Source: an uncultured Pseudomonadota bacterium (lineage in GTDB: Bacteria; Myxococcota_A; Polyangia; Fen-1088). Taken from it: a stretch of DNA of 64,000 nucleotides. Shown here one piece after another: positions 29,232 through 39,399 of this stretch. The DNA lies in the NCBI GenBank assembly GCA_963847705.1, contig CAWKBC010000030.1, positions 498,691 through 562,690 of the forward strand, written 5' to 3'. The notes below the pieces were generated by a model that was not told the DNA's origin, made no database searches, and saw nothing but the letters and a program-made list of their open reading frames with translations. Position 1 is the first letter of the stretch. Each line of letters starts with the position of its first letter. The translations under genes were made by a program, and so were the position numbers.

Positions 29232-29798
29232 ATGCGGCTGTTCCTTGTTCTTTGCGCCACCTGTCTGTACGCCGCGAGGGCGTGGGCCGCACCGGGGGCA
29301 CCCGCACCGTCCGTTCCGCCTCGCGGGTCGTTGGTCGACCCGACCTTCCCTCAGAGCCGATGGTTCCCGGGCCGACAATCGACCATCAGCCCGTCGCGCG
29401 ACACCCGCCCGGCCGCGGCCGATCCTCCCGCGACGTTGACAGAAGCCGACTTCAACTCGTGCAGAAAGCCCGCCTCTGAAAAGCGGGTCGTCCAGGTGCC
29501 CCTCAAGCCTGACACCGACGTGGAGCATCTCGTCGTCTGGATCTCGTCCATCACCTGCAAGGCCTTCGTGTGGTCCGGGGCGATCGATGCAAGCAGGAAG
29601 CGGGTCACCGTCTCTGTGCCCAGCCTCGTCACGCCCAAGCAAGCATTCCGGCTGTTCTTGGACGCGCTCAATTCCGTCGGACTGACCGTCCTACCGTCGG
29701 GCAGCTTCTATCAAGTCATCGAGTCCGTCAGGGCGAAGACGAAGCCGATTCCGCTTTACGGCTGGAACGGTCATCCTCTCACTGCGACACGCCCTTAG
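29232..29798 (+). CDS. Secreted protein consisting of a stand-alone GspD-like N0 domain
   Basis: Signal peptide; LKPDTDVEHLVVWISSITCKAF...VTPKQAFRLFLDALNSVGLTV; no secretin domain. Confidence 0.65.
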   Translation: MRLFLVLCATCLYAARAWAAPGAPAPSVPPRGSLVDPTFPQSRWFPGRQSTISPSRDTRPAAADPPATLTEADFNSCRKPASEKRVVQVPLKPDTDVEHLVVWISSITCKAFVWSGAIDASRKRVTVSVPSLVTPKQAFRLFLDALNSVGLTVLPSGSFYQVIESVRAKTKPIPLYGWNGHPLTATRP

Positions 29799-29827
29799 CG
29801 CCAACGGTCGGCCTGTCCCGGCCGTCA

Positions 29828-31711
29828 TCAGCCCATTGAGCCGACGGTTGCGATGCCGCCTGGAAGCTGGTCGGGCAGGCGCCGGGGAATCGTGGCGTCC
29901 CCGAACTGTTGAGGGGGAGCTTCAAGGGCGTGTTGCGGTCCCAGCTGTTGCATCCAGAGGCCCGCGTAGAGACCGCCTCGCGCCAACAGCTCCTGGTGAC
30001 GTCCCCTTTCGACGATGCGGCCACCCTTGAGGACGACGATGAGGTCCGCGTCGCAAATGGTCGACAAGCGGTGCGCGATGACCAGCGTGGTGCGCCCCTG
30101 CATGAGCGGGCGCAAAGCCTCCTGGACCAGCGCTTCGTTCTCAGCGTCGAGGGCGCTGGTTGCCTCGTCCAGGATCAGGATGCGAGGGTCCTTCAGGATT
30201 GCACGCGCGATCGCCATACGCTGGCGTTCGCCCCCGGAGAAGCGCTGTCCACGCTCACCGACGACGGTCTGGTAGCCGTCCGGCAGCGCGGCGATGACGT
30301 CGTGAATGCGGGCGGCGCGCGCGGCGGCCGAGATCTCCGCGAAGGAGGCGCTCGCTCGGCCGTAGCGCAAATTCTCCTCGATCGTGGCGTGAAGGAGGAA
30401 CGTTTCTTGGGTCACGACGGCAATGTGCGATCGAAGCGAATCCAGCTGTAGGTCGCGCAGGTCGTACCCGTCGATCAGGATCTGGCCTGCGCTCGGATCG
30501 TGCAGGCGCGGCACCAGCGCCGCCAGCGTGCTCTTCCCGGCGCCCGACGGTCCGACGATGCCCACCGTTTGTCCTGATGCCACGACCAGATCGATGCCGT
30601 CGAGGCAAGCGGCCCGCCGGTGGGCGAAGGTCACGCCGCGGAAGACGATCTCCCCGCGGGGTCTGGCGAGAGGGAGCGCCCCGCGCCGGTCGACGATCTC
30701 GGGCACGACATCAAGCAGTTCGAAGACGCGCTCGAAGTAGGCGTACGAAGTCACGACGTCGACGTGCACACCGGCCAGCTGCGAAAGTGAGCCATAGAGT
30801 CGCTTGAGGATCGTGACGAACGCCACGACCGTCCCGAGCTTCAGGTGATCGTGCATGATCAACCAGCCGCCGACCGCGAAGACCAAGGCGGGCCCCGCGC
30901 TCTCGAACAGCCCCAGCACCATCTGGAACCAGCGCCCCAACAAGGTCTGGCGGATGGAGAGCTCGCGCAGCTGGCGCCCCTTGTCGGCCACGCGCTCCGC
31001 CTCGCGCGCTTCCCCCCCGAACACCTTGAGCAGGAGCGCGCCGGAGACGGACAATGTTTCCGTCAGGATGCCGGTGAGCTCTGCCAGGGCCCGCTGCGTG
31101 AGGCGTTTGATGGCTTTGCGCCGCCTCCCCACCCGCCGGGTGGGAATGATGAACAGAGGCAGAAGGCACAGAGCCACCAGCCCGAGGCGCCAGTCCAGCG
31201 CCAGCACCAGGATCGCGCTGCTACAGAAGATCACGGCGCTCTCGACCATCCGGACCAACGTTCCCGATATGGTCGAGCCAACCCCCTGGACGTCATTGAG
31301 CGCGTGCGAAATCAGCTCCCCCGGGGGGGCGTCGGTGAAGTATCGGAGTGGTTGCCGCTGCAGGTGCCGGAAGAGCGCCACCCGGAGATCGAGCATCACT
31401 CCCTCGCCCACGGTCGCCGAGAGATAGCGCTGTCCCACCTGGAGCGTGCCGGCCAGCAAGGGGCCCAGGATCATCCCCACGCACAAGATCATGAGCAGTC
31501 CAAACCGCCGATCGGGGAGCGCCACGTCGACGACCCGCTTCACGAGAAGAGGCGGTGCCAGATTCAACACCGCCCCGGCGACGATGCAGGACACCACCAG
31601 CGTCGCGCGGCGGCGGTAGGGGCGAAGGGCCGCCACGATCCGCCGCAGCGTGACCATCTGGAGCGCTGACAGGTCGCTCGACTTCGGTTCGATCCGCCCC
31701 GCGGCCCCCAC
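29828..31711 (-). CDS. ABC exporter, fused permease/ATPase
   Basis: TM domain, GPSGAGKST, FSGGERQR, LDEATSALD. Confidence 0.92.
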   Translation of the reverse strand: MGAAGRIEPKSSDLSALQMVTLRRIVAALRPYRRRATLVVSCIVAGAVLNLAPPLLVKRVVDVALPDRRFGLLMILCVGMILGPLLAGTLQVGQRYLSATVGEGVMLDLRVALFRHLQRQPLRYFTDAPPGELISHALNDVQGVGSTISGTLVRMVESAVIFCSSAILVLALDWRLGLVALCLLPLFIIPTRRVGRRRKAIKRLTQRALAELTGILTETLSVSGALLLKVFGGEAREAERVADKGRQLRELSIRQTLLGRWFQMVLGLFESAGPALVFAVGGWLIMHDHLKLGTVVAFVTILKRLYGSLSQLAGVHVDVVTSYAYFERVFELLDVVPEIVDRRGALPLARPRGEIVFRGVTFAHRRAACLDGIDLVVASGQTVGIVGPSGAGKSTLAALVPRLHDPSAGQILIDGYDLRDLQLDSLRSHIAVVTQETFLLHATIEENLRYGRASASFAEISAAARAARIHDVIAALPDGYQTVVGERGQRFSGGERQRMAIARAILKDPRILILDEATSALDAENEALVQEALRPLMQGRTTLVIAHRLSTICDADLIVVLKGGRIVERGRHQELLARGGLYAGLWMQQLGPQHALEAPPQQFGDATIPRRLPDQLPGGIATVGSMG

Positions 31712-31966
31712 CTCTACAAGGTAAGGTCTGCGGACCGCTCGCGACCTGGGGGGACGACCCGACCTTGCCCGCTACCAGAAGCGATCATTCTGAAGGACGG
31801 GTAGGGCGGGCATAGCGCCCGATCGTGCGCCGCCGTCGGCGGCCGACCTGATGGGGCCAGCGGTGGACGGGCAGGTGTCGTTTACAAATTGCCCGATACA
31901 TATGGCGGCGAACAGAATCCTTCCACCTCGTCGCGACGAAAGTGGCAATCGCGGGCCCCGGCAGCA

Positions 31967-31982
31967 CGGCGCGGAACATGCA
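31967..31982 (+). promoter_or_regulatory. Candidate sigma54 promoter
   Basis: CGGCGCGGAACATGCA, about 60 nt upstream of the lipoprotein ATG. Confidence 0.4.
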
Positions 31983-32040
31983 GCGGGCCAGGCCACCCAT
32001 CCGCACGACGCGAGGTGGTGTGAGACCAGGGAGAGCATCC

Positions 32041-32337
32041 ATGAAAACGATGATGTGTTTGGGAGTCTTGGCCATGCTCGTCGGCTGCGTTGCTTCCAAG
32101 GCGGAGCTCGATTCGACCAAAGCGACACTGACCAACGTCACCCGGGAACGAGACGAGCTGAAAGCTCAGGTCGCCACGCTGCAACAGCAGCTCACGATCA
32201 CGCAGGGGGATCTCGCGAAAGAGAAAGCGGCTGAAACCGCCTCTCCTGACAAGTCCGGGAAAGCGGCGATGGCCTCCAAGACCACGACAAGTGGAGCCTC
32301 AACGACTTCCAAAAATAAGCGCGCCCACAAGTCGTAG
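32041..32337 (+). CDS. Small coiled-coil lipoprotein
   Basis: LVGC lipobox, heptad region, basic tail; GGAG RBS. Confidence 0.7.
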   Translation: MKTMMCLGVLAMLVGCVASKAELDSTKATLTNVTRERDELKAQVATLQQQLTITQGDLAKEKAAETASPDKSGKAAMASKTTTSGASTTSKNKRAHKS

Positions 32338-32634
32338 GTGGGCATTGCGGCTGTTCGCAGAAGTCGCAGCCCGCGGCTGGGGGAAAGCGAATCGGGCTCG
32401 GCAGGGGTGCTCCAGCAGCGACTCGCCGCTCCGCAGGAAGACGGACAAAGGAGCCTGACGGGATGCTCAGGGTGTTGCGCCTGCCTCCGCGGCTCGAGGG
32501 GGCCAGGCGCTGGTCGACGACGTCAAGGTGGCCGAGGAGCAGGCGCCGGGCACCCAGAGCGGCGTCGAAATCAATGCGCGACCGTTCAAGGAACAAGCAG
32601 GCGAAGCTCGACAGATCGGAGGTGAGACTGCAGC

Positions 32635-33261
32635 TCACCGCGCAAACAGCGACGTGAGCATCGCCGCGATCTCCAGATCGTCGCGCGCGACGAGAGCGAC
32701 GGGGACGGTCAACGTCACCGGTTCAAGGTGGGCGCCGCAGGTGACGGAGCCCTGGTAGCTTCCGGAGATGAGCGGGAGACTGTACGAACAGGGTCCGATC
32801 TGAGCCTGGATGCCGGTTGGGCGCACCTCCATCGCGACCGATCGCTCGCCGAAGGTCCCGACGACCTCGAGACCATTGTGTGAGCGCAACACATCCAGCG
32901 CGATCTGACGGTCCCCGAGCTGCCCTTCGAGTCGTTGTGGTTCAAACCGAAAATCGACCGACGCGACCCCGACGACTCCCTGCATGTGGCCCGGAAACAG
33001 CCTGAGCGAGACGTCCTTGGTCGAGAGACCCTCTCGCGTGACATCGGCTATTCGCACCCGGTCGCCTACCGTGAATGTCAGCGTTTGCCCGGGGGAAGAC
33101 GCCAAAACGGCTCCGTTGGCTACCGTCGAAGAGCTGAGGCTGGCTGCTCGCGATAGGCCGGGGCTCGTCGTTGCGCCGATCATGACGGAAAGAGTGACCG
33201 TCAGCGCCCAGCGCTTGAAACGCCCCGGGCCATTCTGCGTGATGCTGGAGTCTCTGCTCAC
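32635..33261 (-). CDS. Secreted beta-strand-rich hypothetical protein
   Basis: Signal-like segment, beta-rich, Cys pair; start uncertain. Confidence 0.55.
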   Translation of the reverse strand: MSRDSSITQNGPGRFKRWALTVTLSVMIGATTSPGLSRAASLSSSTVANGAVLASSPGQTLTFTVGDRVRIADVTREGLSTKDVSLRLFPGHMQGVVGVASVDFRFEPQRLEGQLGDRQIALDVLRSHNGLEVVGTFGERSVAMEVRPTGIQAQIGPCSYSLPLISGSYQGSVTCGAHLEPVTLTVPVALVARDDLEIAAMLTSLFAR

Positions 33262-33311
33262 ATTGCAAGGCTCGCGCGGAGCGGACGGTGGCCGAGAGGA
33301 TGGGGGGACGC

Positions 33312-33620
33312 TCACGAGAACGCTGCCCGTCTCGGCCCGCTGGCGTGGATACCCACGACGATTCCGACGGCGCATATGACGTTGCTCCAGAGCGTCATCT
33401 CCTGGATCGACAGAGTGAACACCGCCGAAACGAATAGCCAAAGCGCCAGCGCTGCCGATATGGAACGGGCACGCGGAGCGTAGAGGTCGAAGATCGCGAT
33501 GCCGATGGCAAGGAGACCGCAGACAATGGCGTTGACCTTTTGGAACGGTGAGTGTCTCCACATGAATGCGGAAGCCAGGAGCCAGGTCCCCGCCAGGATG
33601 CTGATTAGCCGCTCTTTCAT
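33312..33620 (-). CDS. SPW-repeat membrane protein (second copy)
   Basis: LAGTWLLASAF / LALWLFVSAVF. Confidence 0.65.
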   Translation of the reverse strand: MKERLISILAGTWLLASAFMWRHSPFQKVNAIVCGLLAIGIAIFDLYAPRARSISAALALWLFVSAVFTLSIQEMTLWSNVICAVGIVVGIHASGPRRAAFS

Positions 33621-33869
33621 CGCACACTAAAACTGGCGACGAGAAGTCCGCCGCACAAGAAGTCACGTCTGCGACAAGCGCCACGCCCAAGCTCAGGGAG
33701 AGGTCGCGAAGCGAAGTGGGAACGGCACCCCGGCCGACCTTGGTTTCGACGAGAGTCGCAGCCGGGGCGGACGGACGTCAGGTGGCCAGGATGCTGGGCT
33801 TGCACCTCGAAGCGTGAGTGTCATGTTGGAGGTGTGGCGTGAGCGCCCGTGGGGATGGCACTGCCTGGC

Positions 33870-33995
33870 CCGCACCAGATCGGCAAGAGAAGCGATACCG
33901 ATCGGGCGACCTTCCTCATCGAGGATGGGACCCGCCAAACCTGATGGCGACACATCAGTTCCTCGGCGGCGCCGAGGATCGACTGCGGGTCGTCG
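33870..33995 (-). pseudogene. Frameshifted CBS-domain fragment
   Basis: AAEELMCRHQVWRVP and ILDEEGRPIGIASLADL in two frames. Confidence 0.6.
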
Positions 33996-34240
33996 TGGAG
34001 GCGCGCGTTGCCACACCGGTACGGGGGTGGCGAGAGAAAAGAAGATGGCGAGCAAAGGCCAGCGAAGGCAGTCGTTGAGTGGGGTGTCGGATCCCCGGTC
34101 CCCCGGGTCCTGCGGACCCCACCCGGGGTCGAGAAAGCGAGGCCGGCAGAGAGAATGTGCACGTCGGAATTGAACGGGACCCCTCTATCTCTCATGTTGG
34201 AACGGTGTGTTCATCGAGCAGGGCTTCCGGCCGAGGTGGA

Positions 34241-36463
34241 ATGGCACTGTCACGGACCTGGCGGCTCCCCGCAATCCTCGCTCTCACCCTGCTCACGTCA
34301 CTGACCGTCGTCGGGGCTCCCGCGCCGCCCTCCCAGCGCGACACCGAGGCCAACATCACCCGGGTGACCACTTCGCTGCTGGCCAGCTCGCAGCTCGCAC
34401 ACCACCCGCTCGACACGCAGCTGGCCGGAAAGCTGCTCGACCGCTACATGGACGCGCTCGACGGGCCGCGTTCGCTGTTCTTGGGCACCGACGTCGACGA
34501 GTGGCGGCCAATGCGTGCCAACCTGGCCCAGGCGACGCGCGCCAACGGCGACACCCAGCCGGCGCACCTCATCTTCGCGCGCTACCTCGAGCGGCTGCGC
34601 CAGCAGGTGGCGTTCGACACCCAGTTGCTGCGCGCGGGCCACTTCCAATTTCGGGGCGACGACCGCTTGCAGATCGACCGCGAGCACGCTGAGCGGCCGC
34701 GCGATCTGGCGGCCGCGCACGAGCTGTGGCGGCAACAGCTGCGCGCCGAGTTCCTGGACGACAAGCTGGGCGACAAGCCGCCGCACGACATCGGAGCTGC
34801 GCTGATCCGACGTCACGAGCAGCAGCTCAAGACGATGAGCGAGCTCGGCAATGAGGAGGTGCTGGAAATGTACCTGGACGCCCTCACCCACGTCTACGAT
34901 CCGCACTCGGATTACCTGGACAAGGAGTCGATGGAGTCGCTCTCGATCGCGATGAACCTGTCGTTGTTCGGCATCGGGGCGACGCTGGAGATCGAAGACG
35001 GCTTGTGCACGATTCGCGAGCTGGTCCCGGGCGGGCCGGCGGCGTCGAGCGAGGCGCTCAAGCCCGGCGATCGCATCGTCGCGGTCGCGCAGGGTGCGGC
35101 GGCGCCGGTCGACGTGACCAGCATGCCGCTCACGCGGATCGTCGAGCTGATTCGAGGGCCCAAGGGGTCGAACGTGACGCTGACTGTCCTGCCGCCGACG
35201 GGCGCCGGCAAGACCGTCCGCCTCACGCGTGCCGAGGTGAAGCTGGAAGAGCAGCAGGCCAAGGCCCGCGTGGTCGACCTTCCGCGCTCTGGCGCCGAGC
35301 CGCTGCGTCTGGGGGTGATCGACCTGCCGTCGTTCTATTCGGGCGCCGATGAGAGCGGGAGCCACGGCTGCACCGCCGATGTCGTGCGCCTGCTGGCCAA
35401 GCTGCAGGCCGAGAAGGTGCAGGGTGTGGTGCTGGACCTGCGTCAGAACGGTGGCGGCTCGCTGCAGGAGGCGATCGATCTGGCGTCGCTCTTCGTCGGC
35501 GGAGGGCCGATCGTGCAGACCCGCGGCGCCGACAACACCATCGAAGTCGACGCCGACGAAGGCGCGACCCTGCGCTACACGGGTCCGCTGGTGGTCCTCA
35601 TCAGCCGGTTCAGCGCCTCGGCGTCCGAGATCGTGGCCGGTGCGCTGAAAGACTACGGCCGGGCGGTGGTGGTGGGCGATCCGTCGACCTTCGGCAAGGG
35701 TACGGTGCAGACCATCACGCCGCTCGCTCCGATCATGGACCATGCGGGCCTGAGCCATGCGTTCGATCCGGGCGCGCTCAAGCTGACGATCAGCAAGTTC
35801 TACCGACCGAGCGGCGCTTCGACGGAGCTGCGCGGCGTCGCCTCCGACATCGTGATCCCCTCGGCGAGCGGCGTGGTGCCGATCGGCGAATCCAAGCTCA
35901 CCGACCCGCTGCCCTGGGACACCATCCCCGCCTCTCGCTATCACCCCTTCGGCGAGACGGCGCCCTATTTGACGGAGTTGCGCGACGCCTCGGCGGCGCG
36001 TCTGGCGGCCGATCCCGCGTTCGCCGAGCTTCGGCAGCAGCTCGTACGCCTCGAGTCCCGCGTCAACGACGGTTCACTCTCGCTCAACGAGGCTCAGCGC
36101 CGCCACGAGCTGGCCCGGGACAGGGCACTCGACAAGGCGGTCTTCGTCAAAGCCGAGTCCGAGGAGGCCGGCGTCCCGGCCTACGAGATCACCGTCAAGA
36201 ATTCCAGCGCGCCGGGCTTGCCGCCGCGCATGGCGAGCACGGCGAAGCCGCGCCCCGAGACCGCGGCCCCCAAGTCCGGCGACTCACTCGACGAGTCCGA
36301 GTCCAACGCCACCCACGCCGCCGACGACCTGGTTCTCGACGAATCGCTGCGCATTCTGGCCGACTACGTCCGGCTGCTCGCCGGCCCGGCGCGTCCGGGA
36401 GGGTCGCCCAGCCGGCCGGGGGAAGTCGTCGGCCCACGCGAGGTCGGAAAAGCGGGCGGTTGA
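34241..36463 (+). CDS. prc: Carboxy-terminal processing protease (S41A, Prc/Tsp type)
   Basis: DPHSDY, PDZ domain, LDLRQNGGG, SASASEIVAGAL, TFGKGTVQ, KFYRPSG. Confidence 0.9.
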   Translation: MALSRTWRLPAILALTLLTSLTVVGAPAPPSQRDTEANITRVTTSLLASSQLAHHPLDTQLAGKLLDRYMDALDGPRSLFLGTDVDEWRPMRANLAQATRANGDTQPAHLIFARYLERLRQQVAFDTQLLRAGHFQFRGDDRLQIDREHAERPRDLAAAHELWRQQLRAEFLDDKLGDKPPHDIGAALIRRHEQQLKTMSELGNEEVLEMYLDALTHVYDPHSDYLDKESMESLSIAMNLSLFGIGATLEIEDGLCTIRELVPGGPAASSEALKPGDRIVAVAQGAAAPVDVTSMPLTRIVELIRGPKGSNVTLTVLPPTGAGKTVRLTRAEVKLEEQQAKARVVDLPRSGAEPLRLGVIDLPSFYSGADESGSHGCTADVVRLLAKLQAEKVQGVVLDLRQNGGGSLQEAIDLASLFVGGGPIVQTRGADNTIEVDADEGATLRYTGPLVVLISRFSASASEIVAGALKDYGRAVVVGDPSTFGKGTVQTITPLAPIMDHAGLSHAFDPGALKLTISKFYRPSGASTELRGVASDIVIPSASGVVPIGESKLTDPLPWDTIPASRYHPFGETAPYLTELRDASAARLAADPAFAELRQQLVRLESRVNDGSLSLNEAQRRHELARDRALDKAVFVKAESEEAGVPAYEITVKNSSAPGLPPRMASTAKPRPETAAPKSGDSLDESESNATHAADDLVLDESLRILADYVRLLAGPARPGGSPSRPGEVVGPREVGKAGG

Positions 36464-36633
36464 CCTCTTCACCCGCCGGGCGGGCGTGCCTCGGCGCGAG
36501 CATCCACGACGCCGGAATAGTGACGCTCGCTCCACACCCAAGGCCGGGCAGCCGCCGATAGGGGCGGCGCCAGGGATGGCCCGCGATGGCAATCGTCTCA
36601 CGCCCAGCTGAGGACGCTGGGAGGAGTCTGGCT

Positions 36634-38751
36634 TCACCAGACGCGGCAGCGATGGACTGGGGCCAGCGACGCGCCTGTCGGGCAAGAAAAGGCGCGCCCA
36701 AAGGCCTCCAGGCTGGAGACGGCCCCATTGACGCGATCTTCCGGCGGCGAATGCGGGTCGATGGTGGCGAGTGTCCGCGCGTACGCTTCGCGTCTGTTTG
36801 TGCACCAGGATTGTCCGAAGGCCACGAAGAACCGCTGGTCGAGCGTGAGCCCGCCTGGGCTCGCGGCGGCCTCTTTTCCATCCCCCGCGTGAAACGCCTC
36901 ATAGGCCAGGCGCAGGCCGCCCATGTCGGCGATGTTCTCGCCCGCGGTCAGGCGGCCGTTGACGTGCAGCCCGCCGGTGACCGGATAGCCGTCGTACTGA
37001 GCGACCACGCAGGCCACCCGCTCGTCGAAGGCTTTGGCGACCGCCGGGGTCCACCAGTCTCGCAGGTCGCCCTGCCCATCGAACTTCCGTCCCTGATCGT
37101 CGAACCCATGGGTCAGCTCGTGGCCCATGATCACCCCTATCCCCCCATCGTTCAGCGCGGCCGGGGCGAGGCGGCCGAAGAACGGCGGCTGCAGGATTCC
37201 GGCCGGAAAGACCATCTCGTTCCTGGAGGGATCGTAGTAGGCATTCACGGTCTGCGGCGACATGTCCCAGTCGCTGCGATCGACGGGGTTGCCGATCTTG
37301 CCGAGATCCCGCTCCAGCTCGAAGGCCGCTGCATTCATCCGGTTGCCGAGGTCGCTCTGTCGATCGATGAAGAGCGCGCCGTAATCACGCCAACGGGCCG
37401 GGTAGCCGATCTGGTTGTAGACGAGAGCAAGCTTGCGCAGTGCCTCGGCGCGCGTCGGGGCGTCCATCCAGGTGAGCTGTCTGAGCGTCGCTTGAAAGGC
37501 CCCTTCGATCGTCGTCATCTGAGCGTCGGCCCGAGCCTTCCCATCGGCGCCGAAGGTGGCAGCCACGAACTGCCGGCCCAGCGCCTGTCCCATGCCCAGC
37601 TCGACCGCCGCCAGGCAGCGCTTCCAGCGCGGCAGGAGCTGGGCCTCGCCGGTGAGCGCATGGGAACGAAATCGAAAGCTCTCGTCCACGAAGGCTTGCC
37701 CCAGGGCGGGAGCGGCGGCATCGATGAGGTGCCAGGCGAGGTAGCTCTCCAGATCGTTGGGCCGAGTCCTGGCCAACAGGTCGTTGAACGCCGCGAAGAA
37801 GTCGGGGACCAACACGTTGATCGCCTGGATCTCGGGGTGCCCCAGCAGCTGAAAATACGCGTCCCAATCGAAGTTCGGCGCCAGGCGTGTCAGTCCGGAT
37901 CGATCGAGTCGGTGGTAGACCCGGGTCGGATCGCGGTGATCGACGCGGGCCATCGAGGCGCGCGCCAGCGTGGTCTCGGTCGCCAGCACCACGTTCGCCC
38001 GCGCGCCAGCCTCGGCAGCCGGCACACCCTCGAGCTCGAACATCCGGGCCACGTGGGCCCGATAGGCCCCGCGAATTTCGACCGACCGGGGATCGGTCTC
38101 GAGGTAGTAGTCGCGATCGGGCAGGCCCAGCCCCCCCTGATCGGCGGCGCCGATGACCAGGCGCGCGTCGCGGAAATCCTGCTGCGATCCGAAATCGAAC
38201 AGCCCCTGCGCCCCCGCGAGCTGCAGCTCGGCGACCAGCCGGGCCAGAACCGGCCGGGTGTCCGGCGCCGACAGTGAGGACCAGCGCGAAAGCGCCGTGA
38301 GCGGGCGCATCCGCTCGGCGAGCGTGGCCGCCGAGGCGGTCTCCGCCTTCGCCTCGTTCATGCACGTGTCGTAGAAGTCTCCCAGCTTCCGCTCTTCGAT
38401 CTGCCCCGGGGGAACGCCGGCGGCGTCGGCGTCGAGGATGTCGCGCAGGCGGGCCAGGTTGCGTTCGTTGATCTCGGAGAAGCTGCGGCTCCAGGCCGGG
38501 CGATCGGGCGGAATGGGCGTCGCGGCCAACCAGCCTCCGCAGGCGAACCGGTAGAAGTCGGTGCAGGGATCGACGGCGCGGTCGAGGATGCGAAGGTCGA
38601 TCGTCAGAGGCGCCGCCGGTGGGGCGGGCGTCGGGGCGGGCCCCGTTGGGACGGCGCTCGACGTCGTTGAATGCGAGGCGCAGCCCGAGACCCCGGCCGC
38701 CAAGGCCGCACCCAGCGCCAGCGCGAACGAACGGTCCTTCCGGGCGGCCAT
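36634..38751 (-). CDS. M13 metallopeptidase lipoprotein (PepO/neprilysin-like)
   Basis: DPCTDFYRFACGGW, VNAYY, HELTHGFD, GENIAD; VSGC lipobox. Confidence 0.95.
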   Translation of the reverse strand: MAARKDRSFALALGAALAAGVSGCASHSTTSSAVPTGPAPTPAPPAAPLTIDLRILDRAVDPCTDFYRFACGGWLAATPIPPDRPAWSRSFSEINERNLARLRDILDADAAGVPPGQIEERKLGDFYDTCMNEAKAETASAATLAERMRPLTALSRWSSLSAPDTRPVLARLVAELQLAGAQGLFDFGSQQDFRDARLVIGAADQGGLGLPDRDYYLETDPRSVEIRGAYRAHVARMFELEGVPAAEAGARANVVLATETTLARASMARVDHRDPTRVYHRLDRSGLTRLAPNFDWDAYFQLLGHPEIQAINVLVPDFFAAFNDLLARTRPNDLESYLAWHLIDAAAPALGQAFVDESFRFRSHALTGEAQLLPRWKRCLAAVELGMGQALGRQFVAATFGADGKARADAQMTTIEGAFQATLRQLTWMDAPTRAEALRKLALVYNQIGYPARWRDYGALFIDRQSDLGNRMNAAAFELERDLGKIGNPVDRSDWDMSPQTVNAYYDPSRNEMVFPAGILQPPFFGRLAPAALNDGGIGVIMGHELTHGFDDQGRKFDGQGDLRDWWTPAVAKAFDERVACVVAQYDGYPVTGGLHVNGRLTAGENIADMGGLRLAYEAFHAGDGKEAAASPGGLTLDQRFFVAFGQSWCTNRREAYARTLATIDPHSPPEDRVNGAVSSLEAFGRAFSCPTGASLAPVHRCRVW

Positions 38752-38891
38752 CTCAACCTCTACCCGTGGGAATCGGCCTGATGGCTGTCAACCCCTGGGC
38801 CCGAGGCCGCGACAGATGAAAGCCGTTGACCACGTCCAGACTGGCCGCAAGTTAGGCCATGACGGGATCATGAAGACAAGGAGGAGCAGGA

Positions 38892-39353
38892 GTGTTCGAT
38901 CACCTCGAGCTGATTCTGGTACCTACGGACTTTTCGCCAGCTTCCGCGGGAGCGCTGCGAGTCGCCATCCACCTGGCCAAAACGTTCCATGCCGGTATCG
39001 AGCTCTTCCACGTCGACGCCGATCCGTCCATCGAGGGTCTTTCTCCTGAGAACGCCTTCCCGATCAGGTTCATCTTCGAGAGTGTGCACGTGGAGTCTCG
39101 CGAACGCCTCGAGCGAATGGCGGACGAGGTGTGTCATGCGGGAGTTCCATGCAAGAGCGTCTCGGAGTTCGGACGTTCATCACGGGCGATCGTCGAGCAG
39201 GCTCGTGCCAGTCACGCGGGGCTCATCGTCATCGGCCGTCACCAAACACATCACCTCGGCCACTCCTGGCTCGGCGGGGTGGCGGGAAAGGTGGTCGAGC
39301 ATGCGGCGTGCGCCGTCCTCGCCGTTCCCTTCGAGGCGGCCGAAGGGACGTAG
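38892..39353 (+). CDS. Universal stress protein
   Basis: ILVPTDFS, LIVIG, LGGVAGKVVEHAACAVLAV. Confidence 0.88.
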   Translation: MFDHLELILVPTDFSPASAGALRVAIHLAKTFHAGIELFHVDADPSIEGLSPENAFPIRFIFESVHVESRERLERMADEVCHAGVPCKSVSEFGRSSRAIVEQARASHAGLIVIGRHQTHHLGHSWLGGVAGKVVEHAACAVLAVPFEAAEGT

Positions 39354-39399
39354 CGCTCCTCGCAGCGATCCTGGAAACTCCGCCCATCCGCGGGCAATC

